Source: a bacterium (GTDB lineage Bacteria > Zhuqueibacterota > Zhuqueibacteria > Oceanimicrobiales > Oceanimicrobiaceae). From it: DNA of 47,686 nt. Below, one piece after another: positions 27,093 to 36,384 of the stretch. Positions within the stretch are counted from its first letter, which is position 1, and every line of letters starts with the position of its first letter. The stretch covers positions 32,060-79,745 of the forward strand of contig JBBIIG010000015.1 of the NCBI GenBank assembly GCA_037446635.1, given 5' to 3'. The translations under genes were made by a program, and so were the position numbers. The notes below the pieces were generated by a model. The model was not told the DNA's origin. It saw nothing but the letters and a program-made list of their open reading frames with translations, and ran no database searches.

Positions 27093-29992
27093 CTGGCAAT
27101 GATCACTTTTTTCCAGCACAGCAGATTGTTGGAGCGCAAAGAAATCACATACACGCCGCTGCCGACTTTTTGGCCATTGGCGGCGACGCCGTTCCACTCG
27201 AAGCGATTTTGTCCGGCTGCGAACGTGGCCTCCGCGATGCGCGTAACGTGAACGCCGGTGATGTCATAAACATCCAATTGCACGGCACGGCTCTCGCTCA
27301 GCTCGAACTGAATGCCGAGCGGCCGGCCGCGTTCCGGCTCATAAACGTTGGCGTCCAGAAGAAACACGCCGCAGTCTTCAAAAACCGCCAGCACGGTGAC
27401 GAAGTTTTGGGCAATGTTGTTGGAGTCGTCATCGTCGCAGCCGGCGGTGACGCGCGCGGTGTTGACCAGGCGGGTGAAATTGCTCGGCGGCGAGCGGTGC
27501 AATCTTCCCCTGAAATTGATGATGATTTCCTCCCCGCCCGCGAGCGAGTCCCGCCGCCAGAATAAATCGTTGCCCTGGCGCGATTCGAAATCCAGCGGGG
27601 TTACGAATTCCGGAATGGTCACCTGCACGAGAATGTTGTAGGCGGTCAGCCGGCTCAAATTGCTGACGCGAATGGTGTAAGTGAATTCTTCTCCAACTTT
27701 GATCGAATCTTTATTGGTGGTAACCGACACAGCTAAATCCGGGCAAGCTGGCGGCGGTGGGATTATTCCGATGACGCGCGCGCTGGCGAAATTATTGGCG
27801 GCGTTGGTGTCGCCGTCGGCAAATACGTGGGCGATGTTGATCAACTCCACGGGAGAAATCGGCAGCGGATCGGCGACGGCTGCCTGATAAGCAATGTTTA
27901 TATTTTGCGCCGGCGCCAGCGAATCGATTTTCCAGAATAAGAGGTTGCCGGCAACGGAATCGCCGGCGAGGGCGGTCAGGAGATCGGGCAGGGTGTCGCG
28001 TACCGCGATGTTGAAAGCAGTATTTGGTCCAAGATTGCGGACGGTGATCGAATAGTTGAGATTTCCGCCGGCCAAAACCGAATCGGCGCTAACGATTTTT
28101 TCAATACTCAGATCATAATTTTTAGGCGGCGGAGGCGGCGGCTGATTTTGCGCAATGACGGTGGCGCTGGCGAAATTGTTGGCGGCGTTGGTGTCGCCGT
28201 CGGCGAACACCCGGGCGATGTTGATCAACTCCACGGGAGAAATCGGCAGCGGATCGGCGACGGCTGCCTGATAAGCAATGTTTATATTTTGCGCCGGCGC
28301 CAGCGAATCGATTTTCCAGAATAAGAGGTTGCCGGCAACGGAATCGCCGTCGAGGGCGGTCAGGAGATCGGGCAGGGTGTCGCGTACGGTGATGTTGAAG
28401 GCCGTGTTTGGACCGAGGTTGCGGACGGTCATGGTGTAAGTTATATTTTCACCAGCGCTTACAGAGTTGGAGTTTGCGCTCTTTTGGATCGCCAGATCAT
28501 AGTTTTGGCGTTTAAAAACCCGCACCCGCAAACGCGCTGAATCGTTGGCCGAGTCGCTGTCGCAGTCAGCATGCACGTTGGCGACGTTGCTCAACTCGCG
28601 GGTGGAATCGGCGGCGGTTTCGTTGATGACGGCCGAGTATGAAACCTGCAACGACTGCTGCGCTGGCAGGGCGTCAAAATGCCAGGACAAAATGTTGCCG
28701 TCCGCGTTTAGCGGGGAAAGAAAATCGGAAAGGGAGTCGCGCAGCGAAATATTAAACGCGGGGTGCGGCCCGAGATTTTCGATGGTCAAAGCAAACTCGA
28801 TTTCGTCGCCGCGGGCGGCGCTGTCGCGGTTGGCGCTTTTCGTCAGTTTGAGATCATAAAGCCGTGGTGGGCCGGCCACGGTGTAATTGTGGGTGTCGCG
28901 GTTGGTTCGAAAAATCGTCGCCGAAGAATCGGTGACGGTGATATCAACGGTGCGCGTAAAATCGCTTTCGCAGGGTTGGGGCGAGATGTGCGCCATCACA
29001 TAAAAATTCTGAATGATGTCGGAAACCTTTTGGTAGATTTCCGTGAAGGAGGCGCCGTCGGCGGTTTTGAAAAATCGCCCGCCGGTCTCGGTTGCGATTT
29101 TTTTCAAAATCTCTTCACTGGTGGAGTTGGCGAGCGCGATCATGTAAATCGGAATTTGCAATTTTTGGGCAGCGACGATCACGGAGTCTTCGTTGAGCAG
29201 CGGCCGGTTGATGTCGTCGCAATCGGCTAAATTGCGCGGCAGGTTGTTGATGCCGTCGGTATAAACCACGATGCTGCGCCGCAGCGAGCTTTCATCTTTG
29301 ATGCTGTCGAGGGCGTTGATGATGGCTTCGTAGAGGGGCGTCCACGGGCCGGTGACCGCGGCTTCGATAAAATCGATCAGCACCTGTTGATCGTTGGTGG
29401 GTGGCAAGTGTTTGATCTCGCAATTGAATTGAATGACGCCGGCGCGATCCTCCGGTCGCATCTCCGCGATGAAACTTTTCAACCCGGCTTTGGCGCTGTC
29501 AAGCGCGTTGGGAATGCGATTGATGCTGCCGCTGACGTCCATCAGCAGCATGGTGGTGGTTGGCACGATCGGTGTGCAGCTTTCACAAATTTCAATGAAG
29601 GTCGGCTGCGGCCGGTGGTTGTAAAGATTGGCGGTCTCCGTGGAAACCGGCGCGTTGCTTTCATAATCGAAAATCGGCTGCCAGACTTTTGAAATCGGTT
29701 GCCCATTGTTGGCGACGTCATTTGGCCCCAGCCAGCTCAGGGTATCGGCCAGGCCGCGCACCGGCCGGTTCTCGCCATCTAAAATCGACAGGAAGCTGAG
29801 AATGGGGTACGGGTAGTTTGCAGAATATCCCCGGAGAGAGGCGTTTTCGGTAGCAATGTTCTGAATAATAACGGCCAACGAATCCTGCGTCTGCGCCGGC
29901 AGGGGCTGAGCGGGGAGAGATAGTAGCAGGCCAACAAAACTCAAAAGCAGAAGTTTAATCCGAGTTGCTGGTCTCTGTGATACAAACAACAT
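27089..29992 (-). CDS. Secreted VWA-domain adhesin-like protein with four DUF11 repeats and Ig-like sorting tail
   Basis: Signal peptide; MIDAS DVSGS..T..YEAI..TDG; four DL...K/V..G....YT..V.NL(G/S) units; DVYDITG..EWNG..G.KVGSGVY..KVIIAR tail. Confidence 0.9.
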   Translation of the reverse strand: MLFVSQRPATRIKLLLLSFVGLLLSLPAQPLPAQTQDSLAVIIQNIATENASLRGYSANYPYPILSFLSILDGENRPVRGLADTLSWLGPNDVANNGQPISKVWQPIFDYESNAPVSTETANLYNHRPQPTFIEICESCTPIVPTTTMLLMDVSGSINRIPNALDSAKAGLKSFIAEMRPEDRAGVIQFNCEIKHLPPTNDQQVLIDFIEAAVTGPWTPLYEAIINALDSIKDESSLRRSIVVYTDGINNLPRNLADCDDINRPLLNEDSVIVAAQKLQIPIYMIALANSTSEEILKKIATETGGRFFKTADGASFTEIYQKVSDIIQNFYVMAHISPQPCESDFTRTVDITVTDSSATIFRTNRDTHNYTVAGPPRLYDLKLTKSANRDSAARGDEIEFALTIENLGPHPAFNISLRDSLSDFLSPLNADGNILSWHFDALPAQQSLQVSYSAVINETAADSTRELSNVANVHADCDSDSANDSARLRVRVFKRQNYDLAIQKSANSNSVSAGENITYTMTVRNLGPNTAFNITVRDTLPDLLTALDGDSVAGNLLFWKIDSLAPAQNINIAYQAAVADPLPISPVELINIARVFADGDTNAANNFASATVIAQNQPPPPPPKNYDLSIEKIVSADSVLAGGNLNYSITVRNLGPNTAFNIAVRDTLPDLLTALAGDSVAGNLLFWKIDSLAPAQNINIAYQAAVADPLPISPVELINIAHVFADGDTNAANNFASARVIGIIPPPPACPDLAVSVTTNKDSIKVGEEFTYTIRVSNLSRLTAYNILVQVTIPEFVTPLDFESRQGNDLFWRRDSLAGGEEIIINFRGRLHRSPPSNFTRLVNTARVTAGCDDDDSNNIAQNFVTVLAVFEDCGVFLLDANVYEPERGRPLGIQFELSESRAVQLDVYDITGVHVTRIAEATFAAGQNRFEWNGVAANGQKVGSGVYVISLRSNNLLCWKKVIIAR
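27780..28387. repeat. Near-identical intragenic duplication (384-nt period) of a DUF11 unit
   Basis: 27780-28003 and 28164-28387 differ at only a few bases. Confidence 0.92.
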
Positions 29993-30153
29993 GTATGTTC
30001 AACACACTTTTTAGTGCCAAAATTTAACGGTAATATACTTGCGAAGGGCATAATATGAGAAAAAATATTTACATAGAAAAGAGAAAAAATTGTTGTATTG
30101 CCAAAGAGCGTTTTTTTATATTAACCGCAATCGCAACCTGACGAGAGTTTGTT

Positions 30154-32016
30154 ATGTCAAAAAGAAAATTTCTGGAAGAGCTCGAGAAACGGGTGATCCT
30201 GTTTGACGGCGCCATGGGCACGATGTTGTACGAGCGCGGCGTCTTCATCAATCAGTGTTTCGATCACATCAACCTCACCAACCCCAAGCTCATCAAAGAA
30301 ATTCACACGGCTTACGCTAACGCCGGCGCCGACGTGCTGCAAACCAACACCTTCGGCGGCAATCGTTTCAAATTGCTGAAGCACGGCCTGGATGATTCCC
30401 TCGAGGCCATCAATTACCAGGGCGCAAAATTAGCGCGCGACGTCGCCGGCGAGCAGTTGTTCGTGGCCGGTTCGATTGGGCCTTTGGGAATCAAGATTGA
30501 GCCGTGGGGCAAGCTCAGCCGCGGGGAAGCGCGTGCGGCCTTCAAAGAACAGGCGCAGGCGCTTTTCAACGGCGGCGTCGATCTGTTCATCCTTGAAACC
30601 TTTTCCGATCTCAGCGAAATCGAGCAGGCCATTTTAGCCGTACGCGACGTGGCCCCGGATCTGCCCATCATCGCCGAGATGACCATCAACGAAGAAGGGC
30701 AATCGCTTTACGGGACTGCCACGGAAACGTTCATATTCCAACTGGACAAGTGGGGCGCGGACGTGGTGGGCGTCAATTGTTCCGTGGGCCCGCCGCCGAT
30801 GATGGATGCGCTCGAAAAGATGGTGCACGTCACCAAGAAGCCCATCATCATTCAGCCCAACGCCGGCAACCCGCGTGAAATCGAGGGCCGCAACATTTAT
30901 TTAGCGAGCCCGGAATTTTTCGGCGAGTATGCGATGCGATTCATTAAAGGCGGGGCGCGGCTGGTGGGCGGTTGCTGCGGCACCACGCCGGAGCATATAA
31001 AAATGATGGAAAAGTCGGTGCGCATGTTGAGCCCCCGCCAGCACAATTTCAAAATCCAAATTCCCAAAGAAATCGTCGCTGAAGCGAAACAGATTACAAC
31101 GGATCAAAAAAGTAAATTGGCGGCGAAGATTGCGGCCGGCAAATTGGTAGCAAGCGTGGAGATCGTGCCGCCGCGCGGCAGCGATCCCTCCGGGGTGTTG
31201 GCCGCGGTTCAGAAACTCAAAGATTTCGGAATTGATGCCATCAACGTGCCGGACGGTCCACGCGCCATGTGCCGCATGGGCGCGCAGCAACTCAGCATCA
31301 TCATCGAGCAGCGGGTGGGCATCGAAACCATTTTGCACTATTGCTGCCGCGATCGTAATTTGCTCGGAATGCAGTCCGACATCATGGGACTTTACGCCGT
31401 GGGCCTGCGCAACATTTTGATCATCACCGGCGACCCGCCGAAAATGGGCGACTACCCGGACGCCACCGCGGTGTTCGACGTCGATTCCATCGGGCTCACC
31501 AACATGGTGAACCGCATGAACCACGGCATCGATTTAGGCGGTGTGAAGTTGGACGCGCCCACCGGCTTTCACATCGGCGTGGGCGTGAATCCCGGCGCCA
31601 TCGATCTCGCTCACGAAATTCGCCGCTTCGAATGGAAGGTGGACGCCGGCGCGGAGTACGCCATCACCCAGCCGGTGTTCGATCCGCAAATTCTACTGGA
31701 CTTTCTTCCCAAGATCCAACACGTGCGCATTCCCATCATGGCCGGCGTGTGGCCGCTGGTGAGCTTGCGCAACGCCGAGTTCATGAACAACGAAGTGCCG
31801 GGCGCGCACGTGCCGGATGAGTATATGGAACGCATGCGCCGCGCCCAGGAAATTTCCAAAGACGAAGCCCGCGCCGAAGGCATTCGCATCGCGCAAGAAG
31901 CCGTGCAGAAATTGCGGCCGCACGTGCAGGGCTTTCAAGTGAGCGCGCCGTTCGGAAAAGTAGACTACGCCATGCAAGTGTTAGCGGTGCTAAAGGAGTT
32001 TGGGGGAGGGGTGTAG
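30154..32016 (+). CDS. yitJ: Bifunctional homocysteine S-methyltransferase / methylenetetrahydrofolate reductase
   Basis: DGAMGT, AGADV.QTNTFG, GVNCSVGP, GGCCGTTPEHI, then VEIVPPRG, CRDRNLLGMQS, ITGDPPK.GDYP, ITQPVFD. Confidence 0.93.
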   Translation: MSKRKFLEELEKRVILFDGAMGTMLYERGVFINQCFDHINLTNPKLIKEIHTAYANAGADVLQTNTFGGNRFKLLKHGLDDSLEAINYQGAKLARDVAGEQLFVAGSIGPLGIKIEPWGKLSRGEARAAFKEQAQALFNGGVDLFILETFSDLSEIEQAILAVRDVAPDLPIIAEMTINEEGQSLYGTATETFIFQLDKWGADVVGVNCSVGPPPMMDALEKMVHVTKKPIIIQPNAGNPREIEGRNIYLASPEFFGEYAMRFIKGGARLVGGCCGTTPEHIKMMEKSVRMLSPRQHNFKIQIPKEIVAEAKQITTDQKSKLAAKIAAGKLVASVEIVPPRGSDPSGVLAAVQKLKDFGIDAINVPDGPRAMCRMGAQQLSIIIEQRVGIETILHYCCRDRNLLGMQSDIMGLYAVGLRNILIITGDPPKMGDYPDATAVFDVDSIGLTNMVNRMNHGIDLGGVKLDAPTGFHIGVGVNPGAIDLAHEIRRFEWKVDAGAEYAITQPVFDPQILLDFLPKIQHVRIPIMAGVWPLVSLRNAEFMNNEVPGAHVPDEYMERMRRAQEISKDEARAEGIRIAQEAVQKLRPHVQGFQVSAPFGKVDYAMQVLAVLKEFGGGV

Positions 32017-32028
32017 ATTCCTCTTTTT

Positions 32029-32144
32029 AGCCGTCCAAAAAGTCGATTTTTGTTGAATGTCATGCCCGTGCGGGCATCAATAAAATCAGCAACTATAGCT
32101 CCCTGAAAACATGCGGAAGCGACATGTAGGCTTTTTGGACAGCC
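32029..32144. mobile_element. Putative MITE / internally deleted IS
   Basis: Terminal inverted repeats GCCGTCCAAAAAG / CTTTTTGGACAGC (12 of 13 match); internal ATGCCCG-TG-CGGGCAT hairpin; no ORF. Confidence 0.55.
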
Positions 32145-32165
32145 GGGTTTTAAGGGTTCGATGTT

Positions 32166-33401
32166 TTATCCCACCAGCCAAATCCAACCAACCACCACCA
32201 AGAGCGACGCCAATGTAATGGGCGCCCCCAGCCGCGCATGGTCTTTGAAGCTGATGCTCACGCCCATTTCTTTCGCGCCCTCGATGGTGATCAAATTGGC
32301 GATGCTGCCAATAGTGAAAAGATTGCCGGCAAACGTGCTGGAAAGCGCCAGCACGTACCACTGCACTGGATTGGAGGGATCCAAAAATTTGATAAGCAGC
32401 ATGACGGCCGGGACGTTGCTGATGAGATTGCTGAGTACGGTGGAGACCAGCGTGAGCAGATAGAGGTTGCCGAGTTCGATGCCCAGGTCGCTGATCTGAG
32501 CGATGGCAACCGCGGGCAGGTTGGTCAGCTCGATCCCCTTGATCACCACGAACAATCCGCAAAACAAAGTTATGAGATGCCAATCCACCAATCCCAAAAT
32601 TGCGCGGGTGTGCATGCGGCGGCTGCACAGCAGCACGCCGGCGACGGCGATGGCGGAAAGCTCACGGGGAATTTCAGTGAAGAATAAGATCAGCAGAATT
32701 GTAATGAGCACCAATCCCTTGGTGCTTTGATGACGATTGAACTCCGGCCAACGGACGCTTTCGGAAAACTGGCTGACGACGGCCGCCCTAAAATCTTTCC
32801 GGCTCAAAAGATGAATCAGAAAGAAAGCTGCCACCAGCGCCAGCAGCGACGGCGCCGCGCACCAGAGAAAAAATTTTGCGAAATCCAGTTTTCCTAACTG
32901 CCCGATCAGCATGTTTTGCGGATTGCCAATGATGGTGGCCGCGGAGCCGATGTTGCTGGCCGCCGCCAGGCCGATGAGAAAGGGCGTCGGGTTGAGTTGC
33001 GCTCGCAGCAGCGCGACGGTCAGCACCGGCGTGAACGCCAGGCAAACGATGTCGTTTGCCAACGCTGCGGAAAGCACCGCGCTGGCCAGCATCAACCACG
33101 CCAGAAATTTTGTGGGCTGGTTCACCCGTTCTGAAATTTTCAAGGCGATGAACGTGTAAAATCCGCCAAGCCGGAACTGCGCCGAGACCACCATCAGCGC
33201 GTACAGCAGCAGAATCGTGGGCACGTCGATCGCTGAGACAGCCTGTTCGGTGGTGAGGCCGCCGGTCACCACCATCGCAATCGCGCCCAGCAGTGCGATG
33301 CCGGTGCGATCAATTTTCAACCCCGGGATGCCGCCGACGGCCACGCCCAGATACGTGACGATAAAGATGAGGAAGGTTAGTGTGGAGTTGGTGGGAATCA
33401 A
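32166..33401 (-). CDS. Anion transporter (ArsB/NhaD/CitMHS superfamily)
   Basis: DRTGIALLGA, LSAALANDIVCL, ASNIGSAATIIGNPQNMLIG, SNLISNVPAV, STFAGNLFTIGSIANLI. Confidence 0.9.
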   Translation of the reverse strand: MIPTNSTLTFLIFIVTYLGVAVGGIPGLKIDRTGIALLGAIAMVVTGGLTTEQAVSAIDVPTILLLYALMVVSAQFRLGGFYTFIALKISERVNQPTKFLAWLMLASAVLSAALANDIVCLAFTPVLTVALLRAQLNPTPFLIGLAAASNIGSAATIIGNPQNMLIGQLGKLDFAKFFLWCAAPSLLALVAAFFLIHLLSRKDFRAAVVSQFSESVRWPEFNRHQSTKGLVLITILLILFFTEIPRELSAIAVAGVLLCSRRMHTRAILGLVDWHLITLFCGLFVVIKGIELTNLPAVAIAQISDLGIELGNLYLLTLVSTVLSNLISNVPAVMLLIKFLDPSNPVQWYVLALSSTFAGNLFTIGSIANLITIEGAKEMGVSISFKDHARLGAPITLASLLVVVGWIWLVG

Positions 33402-33451
33402 TGTGATCTAAAATGCTTAGCAAGTGAAAATTACTGCCTACTGGAAACTGC

Positions 33452-34315
33452 TTACTTGACGATTCGAATCTCTCCAGTTTGGTCGAATGGCAAATTGGCC
33501 GCGCCGAATACTGGAAGGGAAGAGCTTAAATCAGCGCTGCCGTGAAAACGATAATTCACAGCCGCGTTCCCGCGCAGCAACTGCGCTGCGGATGACCCGA
33601 TCTGCAAAAAATTGAGCGCCATTGGTAAAGTCAGAATGGACTCGCCTTTGGCGTTCACGGGTTGGCTCAAGTCCGACGCGCCCTCCAGCCATTCCGCGCC
33701 ATTGATCTCCAAGCGGTAGTTAAGCTGGTTCAATAAAAATGAAAACGGGTTTGGATTATTAATCCGGACGCGCAGGTTAAGTTCCGCCCCAGTGAAATTG
33801 AGCCGTTCCAACCGCAGCGACTCCACGCCGATTTTCGGAATTTTGATGAGCGGTACGCTGCCGGACTGGCTGACCGGAATGCGCTGCGGCCCGAGAAAAG
33901 GCAAGTCAAACGAAACGCCGGCGTTGATTTTGTAGCTGGTGCTGTCCTGATTTCGCAGGCCGGCAAACGTTTGATAAACATCGTCGAATTTCATTGAAAC
34001 CAGCACTGGCACAATTTGGCGGCCGTTCGCCGGAATCTCAACTCCAGTGTCATTCGCGCCCTGCACAAATGAGCGCTCGTTCAGCAGAAAATCAAAATCA
34101 AAGCCGGTGAGTTTCACGCCGATGGGATTGGGATTGGCGACGTTGATATCGAACCGCAGCCCGATCTCCTCAAACGAGAGGCGATCGAGTTTCGCGCCGG
34201 CGAAGTTTACTTGCGGTTTCTTGAAATTTTCTCGGACGAGTTCTTTCACCGAAGAACAAGAGAGGCCAATCAACGCCAATAAAATTATCACGGAAAGAGG
34301 GCGGTATTTTTTCAT
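33452..34315 (-). CDS. Lipoprotein with two LEA type 2 (WHy) domains
   Basis: MKKYR..LIGLSC lipobox; two NPNP motifs. Confidence 0.85.
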   Translation of the reverse strand: MKKYRPLSVIILLALIGLSCSSVKELVRENFKKPQVNFAGAKLDRLSFEEIGLRFDINVANPNPIGVKLTGFDFDFLLNERSFVQGANDTGVEIPANGRQIVPVLVSMKFDDVYQTFAGLRNQDSTSYKINAGVSFDLPFLGPQRIPVSQSGSVPLIKIPKIGVESLRLERLNFTGAELNLRVRINNPNPFSFLLNQLNYRLEINGAEWLEGASDLSQPVNAKGESILTLPMALNFLQIGSSAAQLLRGNAAVNYRFHGSADLSSSLPVFGAANLPFDQTGEIRIVK

Positions 34316-34376
34316 TGATAATAATTCTTTCAATTTCGTTTTGGTCGGCGCCATCAAGCCGCTTGGAATGGGCTGG

Positions 34377-35165
34377 TCACATTTTTTTCAAAAACTCTTT
34401 CACCGCTTGGTTGAACGCCTTCGGATTTTCCATGTTGGAGAGATGCCCGGCCTGCGGCACAATTTTCAGTTGCGAATTTTTGATGTTGCGATGTAGATTT
34501 TCCGAAAGCGCCACCGGCGTCAGCGTGTCTTCATCGCCAACTAAAATTAAAGTGGGGCAGGTGATCTGCGGCAACAGCGGATTGGAATCCGCGCGGAATG
34601 CCATCGCCAGGGAGGCATTGGCAATGCCAGTTACGGAATTGGAGGAGATGAGCTCCTTCACCTGTTTCACCAGCCGCGGTTTTTTGGCGAGCGTGGTTTT
34701 GCCCAACAGTTTCGGCGTCATCATCTCGGCGATCGCGCGCGGCCCCTCTTTGATGGCTTGATCCGCCAGCGCCTTGCGATTCTTTTTGCCCTCTTCGGTG
34801 TCGGCCTCGGCGCGGGTGTCGGCCAAAATCAGCGCCTGCACCATTTCGGGGTAATGTCGATAAAACGCGAAGGCCACGTAGCCGCCCATGGAAAGTCCGC
34901 CCAAAACGAATTCGGTGATACCGAGCTTTTTCAACAAGGCGTGAATATCCTCCGCCAACGTTTCCATAAAATAGGGCTGGCGGGTGCGCTGGCTGTCGCC
35001 GAACCCGCGGAAGTCCGGAGTAATCACATGAAATTTTTTGGAGAAATCGGAAACCTGCGGCTTCCACATGGCGCGGTTCAGCGGAAAGGCATGCAGCAGC
35101 ACCAGCGGCCGGCCGCTGCCGTAAATGTTGTAAGCTAGATTGACGCGGTTTACTTTAACTTGCAT
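34377..35165 (-). CDS. Alpha/beta fold hydrolase
   Basis: LLHAFP, PDFRGFGDS, GLSMGG nucleophile elbow, GDED, AGHLSNME; start MQVKV with AAGGA RBS. Confidence 0.92.
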   Translation of the reverse strand: MQVKVNRVNLAYNIYGSGRPLVLLHAFPLNRAMWKPQVSDFSKKFHVITPDFRGFGDSQRTRQPYFMETLAEDIHALLKKLGITEFVLGGLSMGGYVAFAFYRHYPEMVQALILADTRAEADTEEGKKNRKALADQAIKEGPRAIAEMMTPKLLGKTTLAKKPRLVKQVKELISSNSVTGIANASLAMAFRADSNPLLPQITCPTLILVGDEDTLTPVALSENLHRNIKNSQLKIVPQAGHLSNMENPKAFNQAVKEFLKKM

Positions 35166-35196
35166 AAAATGATCCTTACGGTTTGTTTTGTGTAGC

Positions 35197-35309
35197 GGAG
35201 TGATGGAGTACTGGAGTGATGGATTAATGGATTTTTGAATCGTGAGAGCCTTGATCCAACACTCCAACACTCCAACACTCCAACACTCCAACACTCCAAC
35301 CTCCAACAT
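35197..35309. repeat. Inverted pair of 8-mer tandem arrays
   Basis: ggagtgat ggagtact ggagtgat ggattaat facing (TCCAACAC)x5 plus 2 degenerate units. Confidence 0.9.
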
Positions 35310-35332
35310 CCCGTTTCCGATTTCGCCAAGGG

Positions 35333-36316
35333 TTATTGGATCCGTAAAATGATGTTCCCAAAATTCTGGTTGCCCTCCATGTAGGCGTGAGCGTCGGCGG
35401 CGTGTTCGAGCGGGAAGACGCGGTCGATGACGGGTTTGATTTTTCCCGACTCAAACAGCGGCAGCGCCTGTTTTTGAAATTTAGAAGTGAGATCGATCTT
35501 CTCTGCCAACGAGCGGCCGCGCAGCACTGTGCCAATAATCCGAACGCGCTTTCTCATGATGTCGCTGAGGTTGGCTTCCACTTTCGCGCCGCCCAACAGG
35601 CCGACGAGAATGATTCGGCCTTGCGGGGCGAGGCACGCGATATTTTTCTCCCAGTAACTCGCGCCCACCATGTCGAAGATGGCGTGGACGCCCTCGCCGC
35701 GGGTTTCGTTTAAGATGGCTTCCTGAAAATTTTGCGTGCGGTAATTCACGCCAACCTCCAGCCCCAGCGATTTTGCTTTAGTGAGCTTGTCATCCGAGCC
35801 AGCAGTGCCAAACACCGTGACGCCGGCGTTTTTGGCGAGTTGAAGCGCGGCGACGCCCACGCCGCTGCCCACGGCGTGGATGAGCAGCCGCTCGCCGGTT
35901 TTGATTTGCAGTTGCAGAAACAGCGCATCGAAGGCGGTGAGGAAAACTTCTGGGATCGCGGCGGCTTGTTCGAAATTCAGATTCGCGGGAATGGGCATGG
36001 CGAGCCGCTCGTGGGTAACGATCTTTTCGGCGTAGCCGGCGCCGGGCAGCAAGCCCATCACGCGATCGCCGGGTTGGAAGTTCGTGACGCTCGCGCCAAC
36101 TTGCACGACTTCGCCGGCGAATTCGAGTCCGGGAACATCGCCGCGCACGCCCGGCGGCGGAGGATAGAGTCCGCGCCGCTGCAGCAGATCCGCTCGATTC
36201 ACCGCCGTGGCGTGAACGTTCACCAGCAGTTGGTGCGAATCGGGCGTGGGCTCGGGAATGTCCTGAAGTTTTAGAACCGCCGGCGGTCCGGGTTGAGTAA
36301 TGATGATGGCTTGCAT
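35333..36316 (-). CDS. NAD(P)H-quinone oxidoreductase (PIG3/zeta-crystallin family)
   Basis: VNRADLLQRRGLYPPPPG, PGLEFAG, AAAIPEVFLTA, HAVGSGVG.AA.QLAK. Confidence 0.93.
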   Translation of the reverse strand: MQAIIITQPGPPAVLKLQDIPEPTPDSHQLLVNVHATAVNRADLLQRRGLYPPPPGVRGDVPGLEFAGEVVQVGASVTNFQPGDRVMGLLPGAGYAEKIVTHERLAMPIPANLNFEQAAAIPEVFLTAFDALFLQLQIKTGERLLIHAVGSGVGVAALQLAKNAGVTVFGTAGSDDKLTKAKSLGLEVGVNYRTQNFQEAILNETRGEGVHAIFDMVGASYWEKNIACLAPQGRIILVGLLGGAKVEANLSDIMRKRVRIIGTVLRGRSLAEKIDLTSKFQKQALPLFESGKIKPVIDRVFPLEHAADAHAYMEGNQNFGNIILRIQ

Positions 36317-36341
36317 TTATGCAATTTTCAGTTAAGGATGT

Positions 36342-36380
36342 TCAAACCCTGTCAGGGTTCACAACCCTGACAGGGTTTGA
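36342..36380. repeat. REP-like perfect palindrome
   Basis: TCAAACCCTGTCAGGGTT-cac-AACCCTGACAGGGTTTGA (18-bp stem). Confidence 0.85.
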
Positions 36381-36384
36381 TCTT

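Noticed and set aside
30004..30020. Sigma54 promoter for the VWA operon (TTGGCAC on the minus strand)
   Set aside because: No GC at the -12 position and too close to the start codon
29993..30153. SAM riboswitch upstream of yitJ
   Set aside because: No recognisable SAM-I/II core motifs; short AT-rich divergent promoter region
35255..35309. Possible CRISPR array (also 15263-15311)
   Set aside because: Units are 7-8 bp with no spacers, and there are no cas genes
35166..35309. N-terminal extensions of the hydrolase, Dam (to 46061), DUF354 (from 11869) and mscL (from 18601) ORFs
   Set aside because: They run through repeats or neighbouring genes; downstream starts fit family N-termini and RBS positions
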